DNA of 64,000 nt from Gordius albopunctatus (taxonomy: Eukaryota): assembly GCA_964276515.1 (NCBI GenBank), contig OZ193910.1, forward strand, positions 4,960,001-5,024,000, written 5' to 3'. The position numbers and the translations under genes are program-made. This document shows positions 51,221-64,000 of this stretch, one piece after another (the first letter of the stretch is position 1; the number at the start of each line of letters is the position of its first letter). A model generated the notes under the pieces. It was given only the letters and a program-made list of their open reading frames with translations, searched no databases and had not been told where the DNA came from.

Positions 51221-52689
51221 TAATAGCGTTGCTATCTCGTCTCGTCTCGATCTCGAATGCAAAATCTCGTCTTGTCTCCGGTGCAATTATTAAAATCTCC
51301 ATCTCGTCTCGTCTCGACTTTTAAAAAATTATATAAATATATTTTTTTCTGACTCTTATAAATTATTATATAAGATATAAATTGGTCATAATGGAACCAA
51401 TTTTTTATCTCAAACCCCAAAACACAAGCTAGATGGGTATCTTAAGGCAGGAAGCATTATTGAAGGTGTTATATATACTACTTGCCTCGAAGGTATAAAG
51501 TTTCTAAACAATAACTTTCATTTCCTGGCTAAGGCTCAATAAAAAGATAAAGTTTAATAATATCATCATATTTTAACATAATGGATTTATTGAGATCTTA
51601 TAGAATAACGTTAAAATAATCGCAAAAATGCGAGAGTAAACTTTTGAAGATATCATTATTAATAACAAATAATTATCTGAACATTGTAAATACTATAAAA
51701 TAGGCATTTTTGTTGGAAGAACATAACAGTTTTGAGATCTTACGTTAACTGCACATATATAACTTAAAATATAAAATTTTCTTTAAAGCACAATTTACAG
51801 TGTTCTCCATTTTATTTGATTTATCCTTGAATACTGTGAAATGGTTGAACAGCTTGCTCTTTTTTGTGTTGAATGATGAACTTGTTGCGCATAAACTCAT
51901 TATAGGTCTAAATAATTTTATATTATATAAGCTATACAAATAAGTAACAAATACCCTAAGAGCTACTAACACTATGTCTATTAAGATTATATTACAAATT
52001 TGAAATTTGCTCGAAGCGGATAATTATGTGCGTAAGTAATTACTATCAAAAGTTTTAAAATCATATTAATTTGCATTAAATACCCTAAATTTTAATCTCA
52101 TAAAATAAAAATTCTTAATTAGCTAAATCTAGCTTGTGTTTTGCGGTTTGAGATAAAAAATTGGTTCTATTATGACCAATTTATATCTTATATAATCTTA
52201 TATATAAAAATGAAACTATGTGTGTGTGTATGTATATATGCCGCCACCAATTTTGGCAAACTACCAGACAGATTTGGCTCAAATTTTCATAGTTTATTCC
52301 TGACACTCCGGAGCATGTTTTAAGATTTGTTCGAGCCTAATCGGTCCAGTAGTTTTCGAGTATTCGTACGTGTTGCACTGTCATATAGACATTAAACTCT
52401 ATTTTTACGTCAATAACCGCTTTATCATCATATATGCCCTAAAATTCCAACATAATTTAATATAACCGGGTAAATGGCAAAACAACGTTTACCGTGTTCA
52501 TCTAGTAATTTATAAGAGTCAGAAAAAAATATATGATATAATTATTTTTAAAAGTCGAGACGAGACGAGAATTCTTCGAGATTTTTCTAGGTCGAGACGA
52601 GACGAGATCGAGATTTTAATAATTGCACCCGAGACGAGACGAGATTTTGTTTTCGAGACTGAGACGAGACGAGATCGCAACATTACTTA
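51221..52689. mobile_element. Non-autonomous TIR element with (TCTCG)n subterminal repeats
   Basis: About 200-bp inverted arms (51221-51423 versus 52140-52689 after removing the nested insert) around an AT-rich core. Confidence 0.8.
52195..52507. mobile_element. Short Helitron/Helentron-type element nested in a TIR element
   Basis: ATCTTATATATAAAAATGAAA-(TG)n ... GGCAAAACAACGTTTACCGTGTTCATCTAGTA; ends are the reverse complement of those of 19291-20988; it splits the right arm of the 51221-52689 element. Confidence 0.65.
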
Positions 52690-53289
52690 GGAAAATGAAC
52701 TTAGTTTAGCATGGGACTATATATGTACTGCCCTATTTGCTCCATCTAATCACAACAAAGATCACCTGTGTTCAACCGAGGCACTAAAAATTTGAAAATA
52801 CTCGGAAATTAACAATACAATATTTTTTTTCCAATTGCGACAACCACCATCACAACGTTTGGCCTCCAAACCTTACAAACTATTAAGAAAATAGGGAAAC
52901 AAATTTCTTTAATATCCCGTGATAATCGTGAATCGTTTTTTATAAGTCCAGAAATCGCATTACCACCTGTAAATATAATTTAATAGTAATTTTTGGAATA
53001 TTTTCCAATATCTATAATTTTGAACTTTTTTGTTAATAACTTTTTCCATCTTGGCAAAATTATATTAAACTACAGGGTTTTTTAATAAATAAAATTGCAC
53101 TATTTTTTCACAATGCCCTCCATATATAGATGTATATTACTTGTTTATTTTTATAAATAAACGAGCGAATCTAAAACTCTGCTTTTAAAATATTGGTGTG
53201 ATAATATATGACTAAAAATCTGTCTTATCTTTGATAATATTTTATTTTTGAATTAATTGTATGTTAATATTTAAAAAAGATCTCAGATT

Positions 53290-53384
53290 ATCTTTAAGGT
53301 GCCTACCCTATTTTCCTTGTGGTTCGTCCATACGATTTTTGTTAAGGCGCGATCATTCTGCAAATACGTTAAAATAATCGATCG
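53290..53384 (+). other. Candidate non-coding first exon of RAD21
   Basis: Donor ATCG|GTAAGT at 53385 and acceptor TTTAG| at 53422, 3 nt before the ATG; CpG-containing stretch upstream. Start coordinate approximate. Confidence 0.5.
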
Positions 53385-53425
53385 GTAAGTTTTTAATGAT
53401 TATTAACCTTATACATATTTAGTTA

Positions 53426-56400
53426 ATGTTTTATGCTCAGTTTGTACTGAGTAAAAAAGGGCCTCTAGCCAAAATTTGGTTAGCGGCCCATTGGGAGAAA
53501 AAACTTACTAAGACTCATGTGTTTGAAACTTCAATTGAGAAGAGTGTTGAAGGAATTTTGCAACCAAAAGTAATTATTCGTGCTTAATGCATGTGCCTAG
53601 CATATTGAATTAACCTAATATCTATTTGATTTTTATATGTAATCATGAATCTATGCTTTTAATTCTTAATTTTTATATATCTTTTAATTGTAGGTTAAGT
53701 TGGCTTTGAGAACAACAGGCCATTTGCTTTTAGGGGTAGTTAGAATTTATAGTAGAAAGGCCAAATACCTTTTGGCTGATTGCAATGAGGCATTTGTCAA
53801 AATCAAAATGGCATTTAGGCCAGGTATTATTGATCTGCCTGAAGACTGTCGAGATACTGCTCTAACTACTATAACTCTTCCTCAAGTTTTTCACGATTTT
53901 GATACATCATTAGCTGATCTCAAGTAAATAGTGGATCATTTTTTGCACTTTATATTTTGTTCTTGCATTTTAATTAGCTTTTTATATACATTTTATTTAT
54001 AATTTAATTTATGATCAGTAATTTGGATTTGACATCACACTTGGCCTTAAATCAAGCCCGTGAAGATGAAATTACATTAAAGGAAGATTTTTCATTCTCA
54101 AATTTTAATGGATCTGGTTTTGGTAATATAGAGTTTTAATACACATAAAATGTTTAAATATATTTTGCTTTGTATAATGAATTTTGAATTCTTTTACATT
54201 TTATAATATTTAAAGGAATGGAGATGGGTGATATGATGTCGGGTGGGGGCATGGGAGGTTTTGGAGAAGAAATGATGCTACAACCTGGAGCAGGTTTGTT
54301 AGTAGGAGGTGATGATTATTTAACTCAAGATGGAAGTTCACTGATGACTATCGATGATATAATGAGAAGAGAAAAAGAGGGATCTTTTGCTGGCTCATTT
54401 ATAAATGCAGGCAACAACGAAAAATTACTACTGCAAGACCATATAGACAAAAATATGGAAACATCTGAACATGATCTCTATAATAAAAATATGCATGATG
54501 ATGGCTTTGGTGCTGGTATTGGGGATGGTGGCCTTTTAAGTAATTTATTTTCCATTCAAATACACTATTAGATACCCTTTAAAGTTTTTGCTTGCAAAAA
54601 TTTCTCTTACATTGTGTCCTATAAATTAAAATGTTAGTTTTTATATTGAATATTGAGCTTGTGCACATTAATATTTATTCATTGATTTAGCTTTATTTTA
54701 GCCTTAATTTTAGAGTTCTTATAAATATTTTAAATGAATTTATATAAAATTTTAACTTCTTGTCTTATAAATATAAGTTATTCTGCTCCTGATTTTTCCG
54801 AATCACAAATTGAAAAGAGAAAAGGCTAAATAATAAAGTTCTTTTTAGAATTACTATGACATAATTTGTACATCTAATATGAAAAAATATATTTTAAACA
54901 AGGTGAAGGGTTTATTGGTGAAAGTGGGCTTTTTGATGAGCCTCCAATGAGCGTTGCCACACTTGGAGATGATAATGTTGGAGGTCTTGATGATGATTTA
55001 GATGATGACCCTATAGGTGGAATACTATCCCATCCACCTCAAAGTAAATTATTTAACATACCCCACCTTTTTCAACTTAATTTTGGTGCACTCTCATCTT
55101 TTTATATGGTTAATAACTTGTGACTTAAAACCTATTTTTATTGTACCTGTTCTTTCTTAAATTAGAGTTTCCAATTGTCTCTTGTAAAATTTGCCCTTTT
55201 TCCCTGAGCTAAATCTTTTTTGACAAATTTTTTAATTTATCTACCCCTAATATCACTTATCTACACTTGACCTTCTTGTTTAATTTTATTTATGGAAGAT
55301 AAATATTTGTTGCAAATAATATTTGGAACCTCTTTACTGATTTTAAACATTTAAATCGTTTTTAAAATATAATAGTTTGCCACAATCAACACTAATATTC
55401 CTTGCAGAAAAATTTTTATAACCTGTTAACTGATTTAAAGCATCTTAAATCGTTTTTTAAAATGTAATAGTTTGCCACAATCAACACTAATATTGCATTA
55501 ATAAGGTAATGCTTATATGTCGTTATATATTAACTTCACTCCTTTACAAATTACCCAATCTATTACGCTTTTAATTTATGATATCATAAGAACTTTGCAC
55601 TTTAACGAGGCAAAATAAACGCGTTCGTTCGATTATTTTAGCCCCAGCCTCGGTAGGGGCTCCTCACTCGGCCGGGGCACCTTCATCTAGCTCCATCCTA
55701 CCCGGATCCCCTTCCTCTACGAGCCTTCACTTATTCCGTAGCGTTGCCCTATCTCCAAAATCGTCGGGGACAGCCCCCCTTCTCCCCGGGTCCTCCGATC
55801 TGAGTAACGCTCAACTCAACGCCACCTTGGGCTCGAGTCGAACCCACCAACTAACCTTGGGCCAACACACCTTCGATGAACGTGAAGTTTTTACCCTAGA
55901 ACCCTTGGATGCCACTGCTTACACCGGTATTTTTTTTATTTACTATCTAATAAAAATTTTAATTGCCCTTCGTATTTGTCACTCACTATATGTATTACAA
56001 AACAAGAGATTTATGTAATGGCTATATTTAATAGTTTTACAGTCCTAAAAACCGTGTAAAGTTTAAATTTTGAAAATTTCCAATATCTGACTGAATGTCT
56101 TTTGAACATGTAAAATTTTGGGCTACCCAATTAAACAGCTCGTTGTTACAGATGCAGAGTTAGGGTGAGCTTGGGAATTACGATTCTCGTTACTTATCTA
56201 AGTTTTATTAATGATCTGAGAATGTGGCTAAAAATTACCCTCATACTCGCGTGTATATTTATTTATTAATGAAAAATTATGCCTTTACAGGGACGGGGGA
56301 AAAGCAAGTTAGGAGCAAAAGGAGGCGAAAGCTGGTTGTAGATCAATCGAAGGGCATCGACGGGGATGAGATGAGGGCTCAGTTGGCGGACAGTAGCGAT

Positions 56401-59280
56401 CTCGTAACGGATTTAGACCTGGCGCCCCCCTCTAAAAAGCTTATGCAGTGGAAGGAAACGGGTGGCGTGGGGAAATTGCTACACCTCCCGGGTTACCCGC
56501 AAAAATGCAAAAATATGCTCAAGGTACGCCATCTCTTGCTTGGTGCACACACCGACTAACTAATTGAGTTGTTATATTCTGCTCTATATTATCCCCACCC
56601 TATATGAGCGTTATTTTGTCGGATAATATTATCTTGAAATAGCCGTGTATAAAACTTCATTTATAAGATTCCTTCATTTTCTCACTGCCATTTCCCCCTG
56701 AAAAGGACCTCTGCAAGGTTTAAATTAGATAAGACTTACCATTCCTGTATACAATAAACTATATTAGTGTTTTTTATAAATGTTGGATAGTTGCTAAAAT
56801 TCTTTCTTTACATTTGATGCATACAAACTTTATTTGGGCTGTAACACTCGGGTTCTCTTCGATATTGTTTGTTGCAATATATATAAAGCTAAACTACAAA
56901 ACAACGGTATAAACCAGTAGTTAGATCCTATGAATACCAAACTCACAATTGAAAACGGAGTATTTATAGGGAAAATGGGCGGCAGGCTTTCCAATGTCTC
57001 TACAAAGTTAACTATCAATTTATTGCGTTTTCCGATCGATTGTTTGCCATGGATAAATTTGTAAATTTTTGTACTCGATCTGAATTCCTAGTTGATGACG
57101 CAACAAATAAACGTGTCGTCCAAGTATAGCCAAGATACGAGCGACGGCCCTTGCGTTGTCGGGACAATGGACGACGACGATGTTGACTCGGGTGCCACCA
57201 ACCTGAGCGCTGGTAAAAGGGGTGGTGCTGGAAGCCACAGGGCGTCTAACGAAGAGTCGGGAAGTATGATAGTGATGTTTTGCATTTTTTATAAAGTCTT
57301 AAGAAAAGTCTATAAATATTGTAGCGTTCTAACCGCGGCTGGCCAAAAAAATTTTGGTCAAACCTTTGGTCTGTTTATTTATAGTCGACTAAAACCAAAG
57401 GTCGACTGAACAAAAACCCAGTTGTTTTTGCAACACAATAATAATGATACTCAGTGTTTCATGTTACTAATTTAAAATATATATTATTTAAATCGATTGG
57501 GATAATAAATTTCGGGCTTCAATTTAAAAAATGGTGTACTCTGTTTCTTTTTGATGTTTTATATATTTGTTTCATTCCTGACTCTGGTTGTCGTTTAATT
57601 GAACTTACTTGATGGTTCATTGCCAATTACGAGTATTCATTTTTTTAAACACCATTTATAATGACTTGGAGAAAGGAATTAGCCCGAAGAGTGGGGATTG
57701 GCTTGATTGATAACAGATGTTAAAAGTTTTTTTATTATGCACAGATCAGGCAAAAAGAAGTCGAACAGATGATACCTCCCCCGAAAAAAGGCTGGACGGT
57801 AAATGATGTTACTTTACTCTAATATATATATCTTAATTTTATTTAATTTGTCTAGTTATACTTGATGTGTAGTGTGCCCGCAGTTGTAATATTCCCCATT
57901 TTTTGAGGGCCTTTTTTGAATTGCGATTGTCAACACTTATTTTGTGCATTTAAATTCTATTGAAATCTTCCTCTATTTTAGGATGTTTGTTTATTTCGCC
58001 ATATAAATTTTGGCTCTACACCCCTTTTAACATTGTTATTGTCTCGGAGAGATTCACAGCTCCCAATAGTATGTATGTATTTTTGCCCCGAACAGGGCCA
58101 AGAGGTGAATCTAAGGTTGAGCTCCTTCATACGCCAAATGGCGCATAGGGTCATGTTAGTACTAACGTGTTTAATTGTGCTTCTTCTTAGAATGTTAGCC
58201 TTATTTGTATATTTTTCCCCATTAGCCTCTCACCGTAGCGCTGATTACGATTACGACGAAGAAAGTCACGCCTCGCCCGGCGGGTACGTGGATGAAGATG
58301 ACGATTATTTCAACCGCGACACACCCTCCGCCCCCAACCTACCCCCTCACGTCAGGAGTGAGGCTGGGAATAGCCACACACTTACCCCCGATGCCATGCC
58401 ACATCCCATGGTCCTTAAAACACATATAAATTCATTTTTTCCCCTATTACTTAATTAATGCAATCATAAGTTTCCCTCTAAACCTATTCAGTTCCTAGGT
58501 CAAATTTCGAATGTATTGTGGGTTATAAGCCAAATTTCTAAATGAATTTCATGCTTTATAATGACTTTTAAGGCCTTAGACTATTTAGGTTATGCTAACA
58601 CATTTTAATACGCAATTTTTTGTCCTGAGACTTTAAGGTCGACGAATTATTTTGGGCCGCACTTTTACGAACCCTACGACCACCCACCTAAAGTTTACCG
58701 AAGCTAGTTCGATGTCTTAATTTTTGCTCTTTCGACATAGTTTCTTAGGCGTGGTCGAATTTCGAATCTGAGCAAAATGTTTCCAAAATGACCTTAAAAT
58801 AATTGTTTTGCAAGCTTCCTTTTAAAATTCTTATGTTACGCCAGGTTTTTTATAATTAATTGTTTACGTTTACAGGATGATTTTCAACTAGAACCACTAC
58901 AACTAGAAGCAGCTCTGCCCGAACAAGATATACAAGATAGCGTCCTAAATTCCGGCCCCGTGGAGCCCGAAGAATTGCAAGAAGAGGGAGAAAGTTTTGA
59001 AACCTTCCAAGAACGAGTTTGGGGCAAGCGGGCCCTGGCATTTTTCACCAACATAAAACAAGCCTTCGACACGCCACCCAGCGAAGAACATCAATCGAGA
59101 GTTCTCACTTTCAGCACCTTTACCCATCACCACCCTTCTGGACGACGGATGGACCGAAAAACGGTTGCAGCAAAGTTTTATTCCTTACTCGTGCTGAAGA
59201 AAGATCAAGTTATAGACATCGCTCAAGACGAAGCCTACGGGCCTATATACATATCCAAGGGGCTGAAATATGTGGCCTAA
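53426..59280 (+). CDS. RAD21: Cohesin kleisin subunit RAD21/Scc1 (~758 aa, 11 coding exons)
   Basis: N-terminus [53 protein letters not shown]; central KRRRKLVVD and [18 protein letters not shown]-terminal winged helix [12 protein letters not shown]...[10 protein letters not shown]. Exons 53426-53569, 53694-53923, 54019-54122, 54216-54539, 54903-55043, 55642-55926, 56291-56523, 57092-57263, 57745-57798, 58226-58410, 58876-59280 (2277 nt). Confidence 0.96.
55340..55494. repeat. Local direct duplication (~60-bp core, ~90-bp period) in a RAD21 intron
   Basis: TTAAATCGTTTTTAAAAT.TAATAGTTTGCCACAATCAACACTAATATT occurs twice. Confidence 0.85.
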
Positions 59281-60013
59281 TAACCAATTTTCCCCTTTAA
59301 AATTTTTTTTATGAAGAGCCCGTTTCCAAAAAAGTTTACTATATTACCGTTAAACGTTTGCATGAGAGGATAGATGTTGGATGTTGAATTGAAACAATCT
59401 TAACAGGGACTGTCATCCACATGTTTGGAAAACTTACCATTTTTAATACGTGATTAGATTGTAAACGTTTTACCTTTTGCAAACCCTTGATCATATTTAT
59501 ATTTATTATGTGTATATCGAATCAAATCAATCTATTTTATTGTACCATACTATATAGTGTCTACTTTTTTATTCAATAACATTTTGTCTATATTTGAACA
59601 TAAATTTAATCATAATTTATACATTTTTAAGCTGTCAATTATTATGAATTTTACATTTATTAATATTATTATTGAAAATAATTTTGTTGTATCCATTAAA
59701 TTTTGTTAGCGATTTTTACATTTCATGTGTGCTTTGGTTCATAATTCGAATATTGGAAAAAATAATTTTTCTTTAAAAATATTAATTATGATACGCGCCA
59801 AAATTAATTTTTAACATTTTATATCAATTTGACCCAAGACTTAATTTAAAATACGATCGTGCGTTTTTAACCCAATTGGGACATTTAATTATACTAGAAA
59901 ATTTTACAATCTTAGAAATCGCTACAACCTCAAATAAAATTACATATTAGTTATAATTTATAACTATGCAAACATATAAAGAACTTGACCAGTTCAATAT
60001 CTTTAGTTTCTTT

Positions 60014-62212
60014 TACGCCTCTGGAAAATATTCTAGATTCGATTCGGATTCGAATCCTTATGTGTATTTTCGAATCTAATATGTATATAGATAAGATTCG
60101 AATCGAATCCTTAAAAAAATATTAAATTTTGATTTATTTTTAAATAGACGAGAACGAGATGCAAAAATCAGCTGTTTTTATCTAATCGCATTTTAGTTGT
60201 TTTTCCTGCTATAATTTGAATTTTAAATTTTTAAACTGCATATTATAATGTTCTCATCTTCAACCTCCACTTCTAATGTATTAGGTAAGTTGTTTTTATA
60301 GGGCTCTCTTGACCATGACTAATTAAACAAGCCTGCAGTGATTATTTCAAAAAAATGCTCTTTTAAAAAGATTAATATAAAAATTTGGAGTTCCAATTTT
60401 AAAGTTTGAGATTAAATGGTTCACTTTTGAATAATATAAAGGGTTTACACTTTCTTTATTAATTGTGGGTTAAATGGCTAAATATCACATGAGCAAACAT
60501 TGATCCTAATCTTTCTTATAAAAAACTATTGCCATTCTGTCTTGTGCATTATTTTCTCCTTTTTTATACCTTTTGTGATATTAAAACGTGCTTTAATTAT
60601 TAATTAGTAGCTGTGCCCGGCCAAGCGTTGCTTTGGCTCATTCCTTAAGTGGTTAAATAAGTATAACCTATTAAGACTTATCTAAAATGGGGTCATATAT
60701 CAAATAATAATTTAAATAAATAAAATATCCATAATATTTATTTAGAGCACGAATTTTATCACGTCATGGATTTTATGAACCCACTATTTTTAGTATATAT
60801 ATAATAAGACAAACTAAATGCGAATTCTGTTCGACTAAAATAAAATGTTTTTGAAAAAATTGCTGATTAATGTTGTTACTTATTATACAATAATACCATT
60901 ATTTTATTTTTCTAGCTAGCTGATTTATTTGAAATACAATTTTCTTTAATATAATAATTAATTGAAGGATGGATTTCAGCCTTGTATGTATGACGTCATT
61001 ATTGTATATGATGCTATAAATGAAACTGGCCGAGAAATGTCCGATATTTTTAAAACGAAAAGGTATTTTAGGAATCTGAAAAAGCTATTTTACCCCTGGC
61101 CGCCCTGGGAACCTACGGGTAAAGTTTCGAGCGAATTGGGCCGGTATTTTCAGAATTTATCCCTTTTTTTAAACTAAAAGGCCCATATTTTTAAAACTAA
61201 AAGGAATTTAAGGATTCTGAAAAAGCTCTTTTACCCCTGGCCGCCCTGGGCATCTATGGTTAAATTTTCGCGCGAATCGGGCCGGTAGTTTCAGAATTTA
61301 GCCCTTACATACATAGACACATACATATATACATAGACTTTACTTTATATATATAGATTAGATAAGCTACTATGTTTGTTTTTTGAGGCTACACAAATTG
61401 AAGATGAGAATATTAAATTGGCCAAACTTAAAATCGAAGAATATATGGCATTTAAGAAAAAGATAGCTTTATTGGCCAGTGTGGTCGACCCAAGGCTCAA
61501 AATACAATATTTTGAGTGCTTATCGCCAATACATGGCATATGTCCTGAAGAAATTAAAGAAGACGTTCAAACCGCTTTAGGAAGCGACCACGACAATGTA
61601 TGTTGATACATTGACATGAACGTCAGATCTCCATTAGAAACGTATCTACACGAACCGCGGGTGCCCTCAAATGTTGAGCATTTGCAATGGTGGAATTCAA
61701 ATCAACTTCGTTTTCCAGCCATTCAAACTCTAGTAAAAAATCTTTTATCCATATCTGGATCTTCGACACCACGCGAAAGAATTTTTTCGACTGGAACAAA
61801 CCTATTGACTAAGCACAAGCAGTCGTTCAAGGAAGAAACTGTTAGGAAGATAGTTTGCCTCAAAAATTGGCTTAAAAAAGCCCCATGATTTTATTTTAAT
61901 CACACATATTTACATAATTGTTCGCGTATAATTTTTTTATTTTCGTTGTGTGTTGTGTACTGTACTCTATATGTTTTAATAAAATTTTTAATATATATGC
62001 ACATTAAAAATCATAGTAACCCTTTATATTTGTTTTTGAACATAAATTTTTTCATTTATATTCGAATCGAATTCGAATCTTTAAATTTTTTTCGAATCGA
62101 ATCCAAATCTTTATTTTAATATTCGACGAATGTCGAATCGAATATTTTTTAGTAAAAGAAATCGAATCCGAATCGAATACTAAAAATATTCGATTCGAAA
62201 TCCAGAGGCGTA
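60014..62212 (+). mobile_element. Internally deleted hAT transposon
   Basis: 12-bp TIR TACGCCTCTGGA/TCCAGAGGCGTA, 8-bp TSD GTTTCTTT, subterminal GATTCGAATC repeats; transposase remnants ASVVDPRLK and LQWWNSNQLRFP..LSISGSSTPRERIFS (61376-61888). Confidence 0.92.
60605..61358. mobile_element. Helitron/Helentron-type element nested in the hAT transposon
   Basis: TAGCTGTGCCCGGCCAAGCGTTGCT...(ACAT)n...TTTATATATATAGAT; internal direct duplication with ~140-bp period (61058-61305). Confidence 0.65.
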
Positions 62213-63636
62213 GTTTCTTTCATTTATCTTTTAAATCTTTAAAATATATTATTCTTAAGTTGTCCCCAGTTAGAGGGAACCCGTTCAAAGCTTTACCTGG
62301 AATATGCTAATCCCTAAGCACTTTTACCACAAAGCACACGACAAAGAGATTTAAAATGGTGGGCTAGCGATGCGCTCATTGATTATCTATATTCGATAAA
62401 AGATGTCAGCCCATGCTCTAATTTAAGGTCATTTCTGTTTGATGGCTCGCGTCACTAATGGCTAGAAGTTTACTCTAGTTGTCTATCTGGGATGATGCTG
62501 TTATTCTATAGCGGATGGCGTTTCCGAAACTTGTCTAGATTGCAACTAGACATCCCGTACGCTGCCTGGCAAACAAATCCAAATTTTAGACACAACAAGG
62601 CTAGTAGATAAATTCGAAGCCCTCTTAGAAGGACAAAAATCCTATCCATAAAGCCATCGGACCTCTCTTTGGAGGCACGTATGCTCCCCGTTGGTTATTT
62701 ATTAATCCCCTGGAGCTATGGCCTTCACTTTTAATATAACTTTAATTGTATCGACTTATTTGCCCAGAATTTATTCCGTATTTATTGCCGAAGCGCAGCA
62801 CCTTTTGTAAAGGCTTTAGCCTTTTTACGGCGTAAGGAAAACGTTGTTCGTCGTCATAAAATTTCATACCATTTTTATCAAAATAAACAATTTAAGTTTG
62901 CCGAAATTTTTCCTAGAAGTCTTGATGATCTTAGAATAGTTTATTTTTATATTTTGACCCATTTCGTTTTAATCTCTTTTTATACTAATGTTAAACTTTC
63001 GAATCTTAACATTAAATTAAAATAACGTTATTATTTTTGAAACACTTCTTACCTCCCTTTGAGATCTTGGCTACGCACTTGAAATTACTCTACCCATGAA
63101 AATATGATTTAGATTGATAGGTTGATTGTTTAGCCATAAAAGATATGGATCTTAATACTAATGATTATATTCTATTGTAATAAAGAAAATCATAGGAAAA
63201 TCTCAAGACGAGGCTTTTAAAAATTGAGCCGAGTTTTAGACAAGATTTTCGACCTCGAGACGAGCGAGATCTTGACTTTAAAATTTGTTTATTATTATTA
63301 TAATCAATATATAGTAAATTTATTAGTGTATTTTTTATTTTGTGATTCATATTTAGAATAGGAAATGTAAATTAAAATAATTGAAATACTTCTGATTGTT
63401 TACATGCCCAATTAGCCCTGTAAAATTTAAATAATTTTAGATTAATGAATAAAATGCGAGTGGCTTTTAGGGCATGTAAAATTTCTTTAAAATATTTTTA
63501 TTGCATATTTATATCTCTCACATTACTATATAATATAGACATACAGACTTAAAATCACTTTTGATAAATTAGTAAATATTACTAAAGCCGCAACAATTAC
63601 ATGATACTGTCTTGGAGGTAAAAAATCGAAATAATT

Positions 63637-64000
63637 ATAAAACTCGGGTCTTCGGCCCTCGTGGGAAGGGGGAAGGGGAGGAGGGGAAGGAAGGGGGAAC
63701 TCATCTACACTCCGTATAAATGTATCATATTTGCTATGCAATTTATGGAAATACTTACGTGAATATTGCAAAACGAAGGTTGGAAGCACTAAATAAGTTT
63801 ATATGCCAAATATCATAAAGGGGGAGAGAGGGAGCGAAGGGGAAGCTTTATGGTTAGTTAAATTCTACGGGAGTTGTATTACCAAAAAGTCATAATAGCA
63901 ATGGTAGGAACAGGAACAATCATAATAGTCAAAAAAAACGAAAAAAAAATTTTCGAATCACATTTTGGCCAAAGGTCATTTTTTCCATTGGTCAGCAGCC
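63637..64000 (-). mobile_element. Second copy (3' end) of the DINE-1/Helentron-like element, running off the window
   Basis: Near-identical reverse complement of ~11620-11985, including hairpin, subTIR and the first ~120-bp repeat unit. Confidence 0.9.

Noticed and set aside
51745..51972. 75-aa ORF resembling a transit-peptide exon
   Set aside because: Lies in the AT-rich core of a TIR element; no in-phase partner exons found.
62280..62850. GC-richer stretch that may be a decayed LINE 3' end
   Set aside because: No recognisable protein motif in any frame I could read; family cannot be assigned.

Overview
AT-rich eukaryotic (invertebrate animal) genomic DNA with short GT-AG introns; no prokaryotic features, CRISPR arrays, rRNA or intact tRNA genes. 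Three complete host genes can be assembled by hand with consistent splice phases: SPRED (+, ~7.55-17.5 kb, EVH1 + Sprouty domain), mitochondrial seryl-tRNA synthetase SARS2 (-, 18.6-23.9 kb, convergent with SPRED) and the cohesin kleisin RAD21 (+, 53.4-59.3 kb). Between SARS2 and RAD21 lies a ~29-kb transposon-dense interval. It holds a full-length but disrupted Mag-type Ty3/Gypsy element, further LTR remnants, hAT, piggyBac and CRE-type fragments and many MITEs, plus an unidentified minus-strand multi-exon gene or pseudogene. Helitron/Helentron-like non-autonomous elements, one with internal tandem arrays, and an ~0.9-kb foldback element sit in introns. Most notable: SARS2 appears to lack most of the N-terminal tRNA-binding coiled-coil; SPRED has several candidate phase-2 micro first exons and a split Sprouty domain; CpG is depleted only in the 5' part of both housekeeping genes. 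I found no evidence of a wholly new multi-gene system. All models are manual and unverified by transcripts or database searches.
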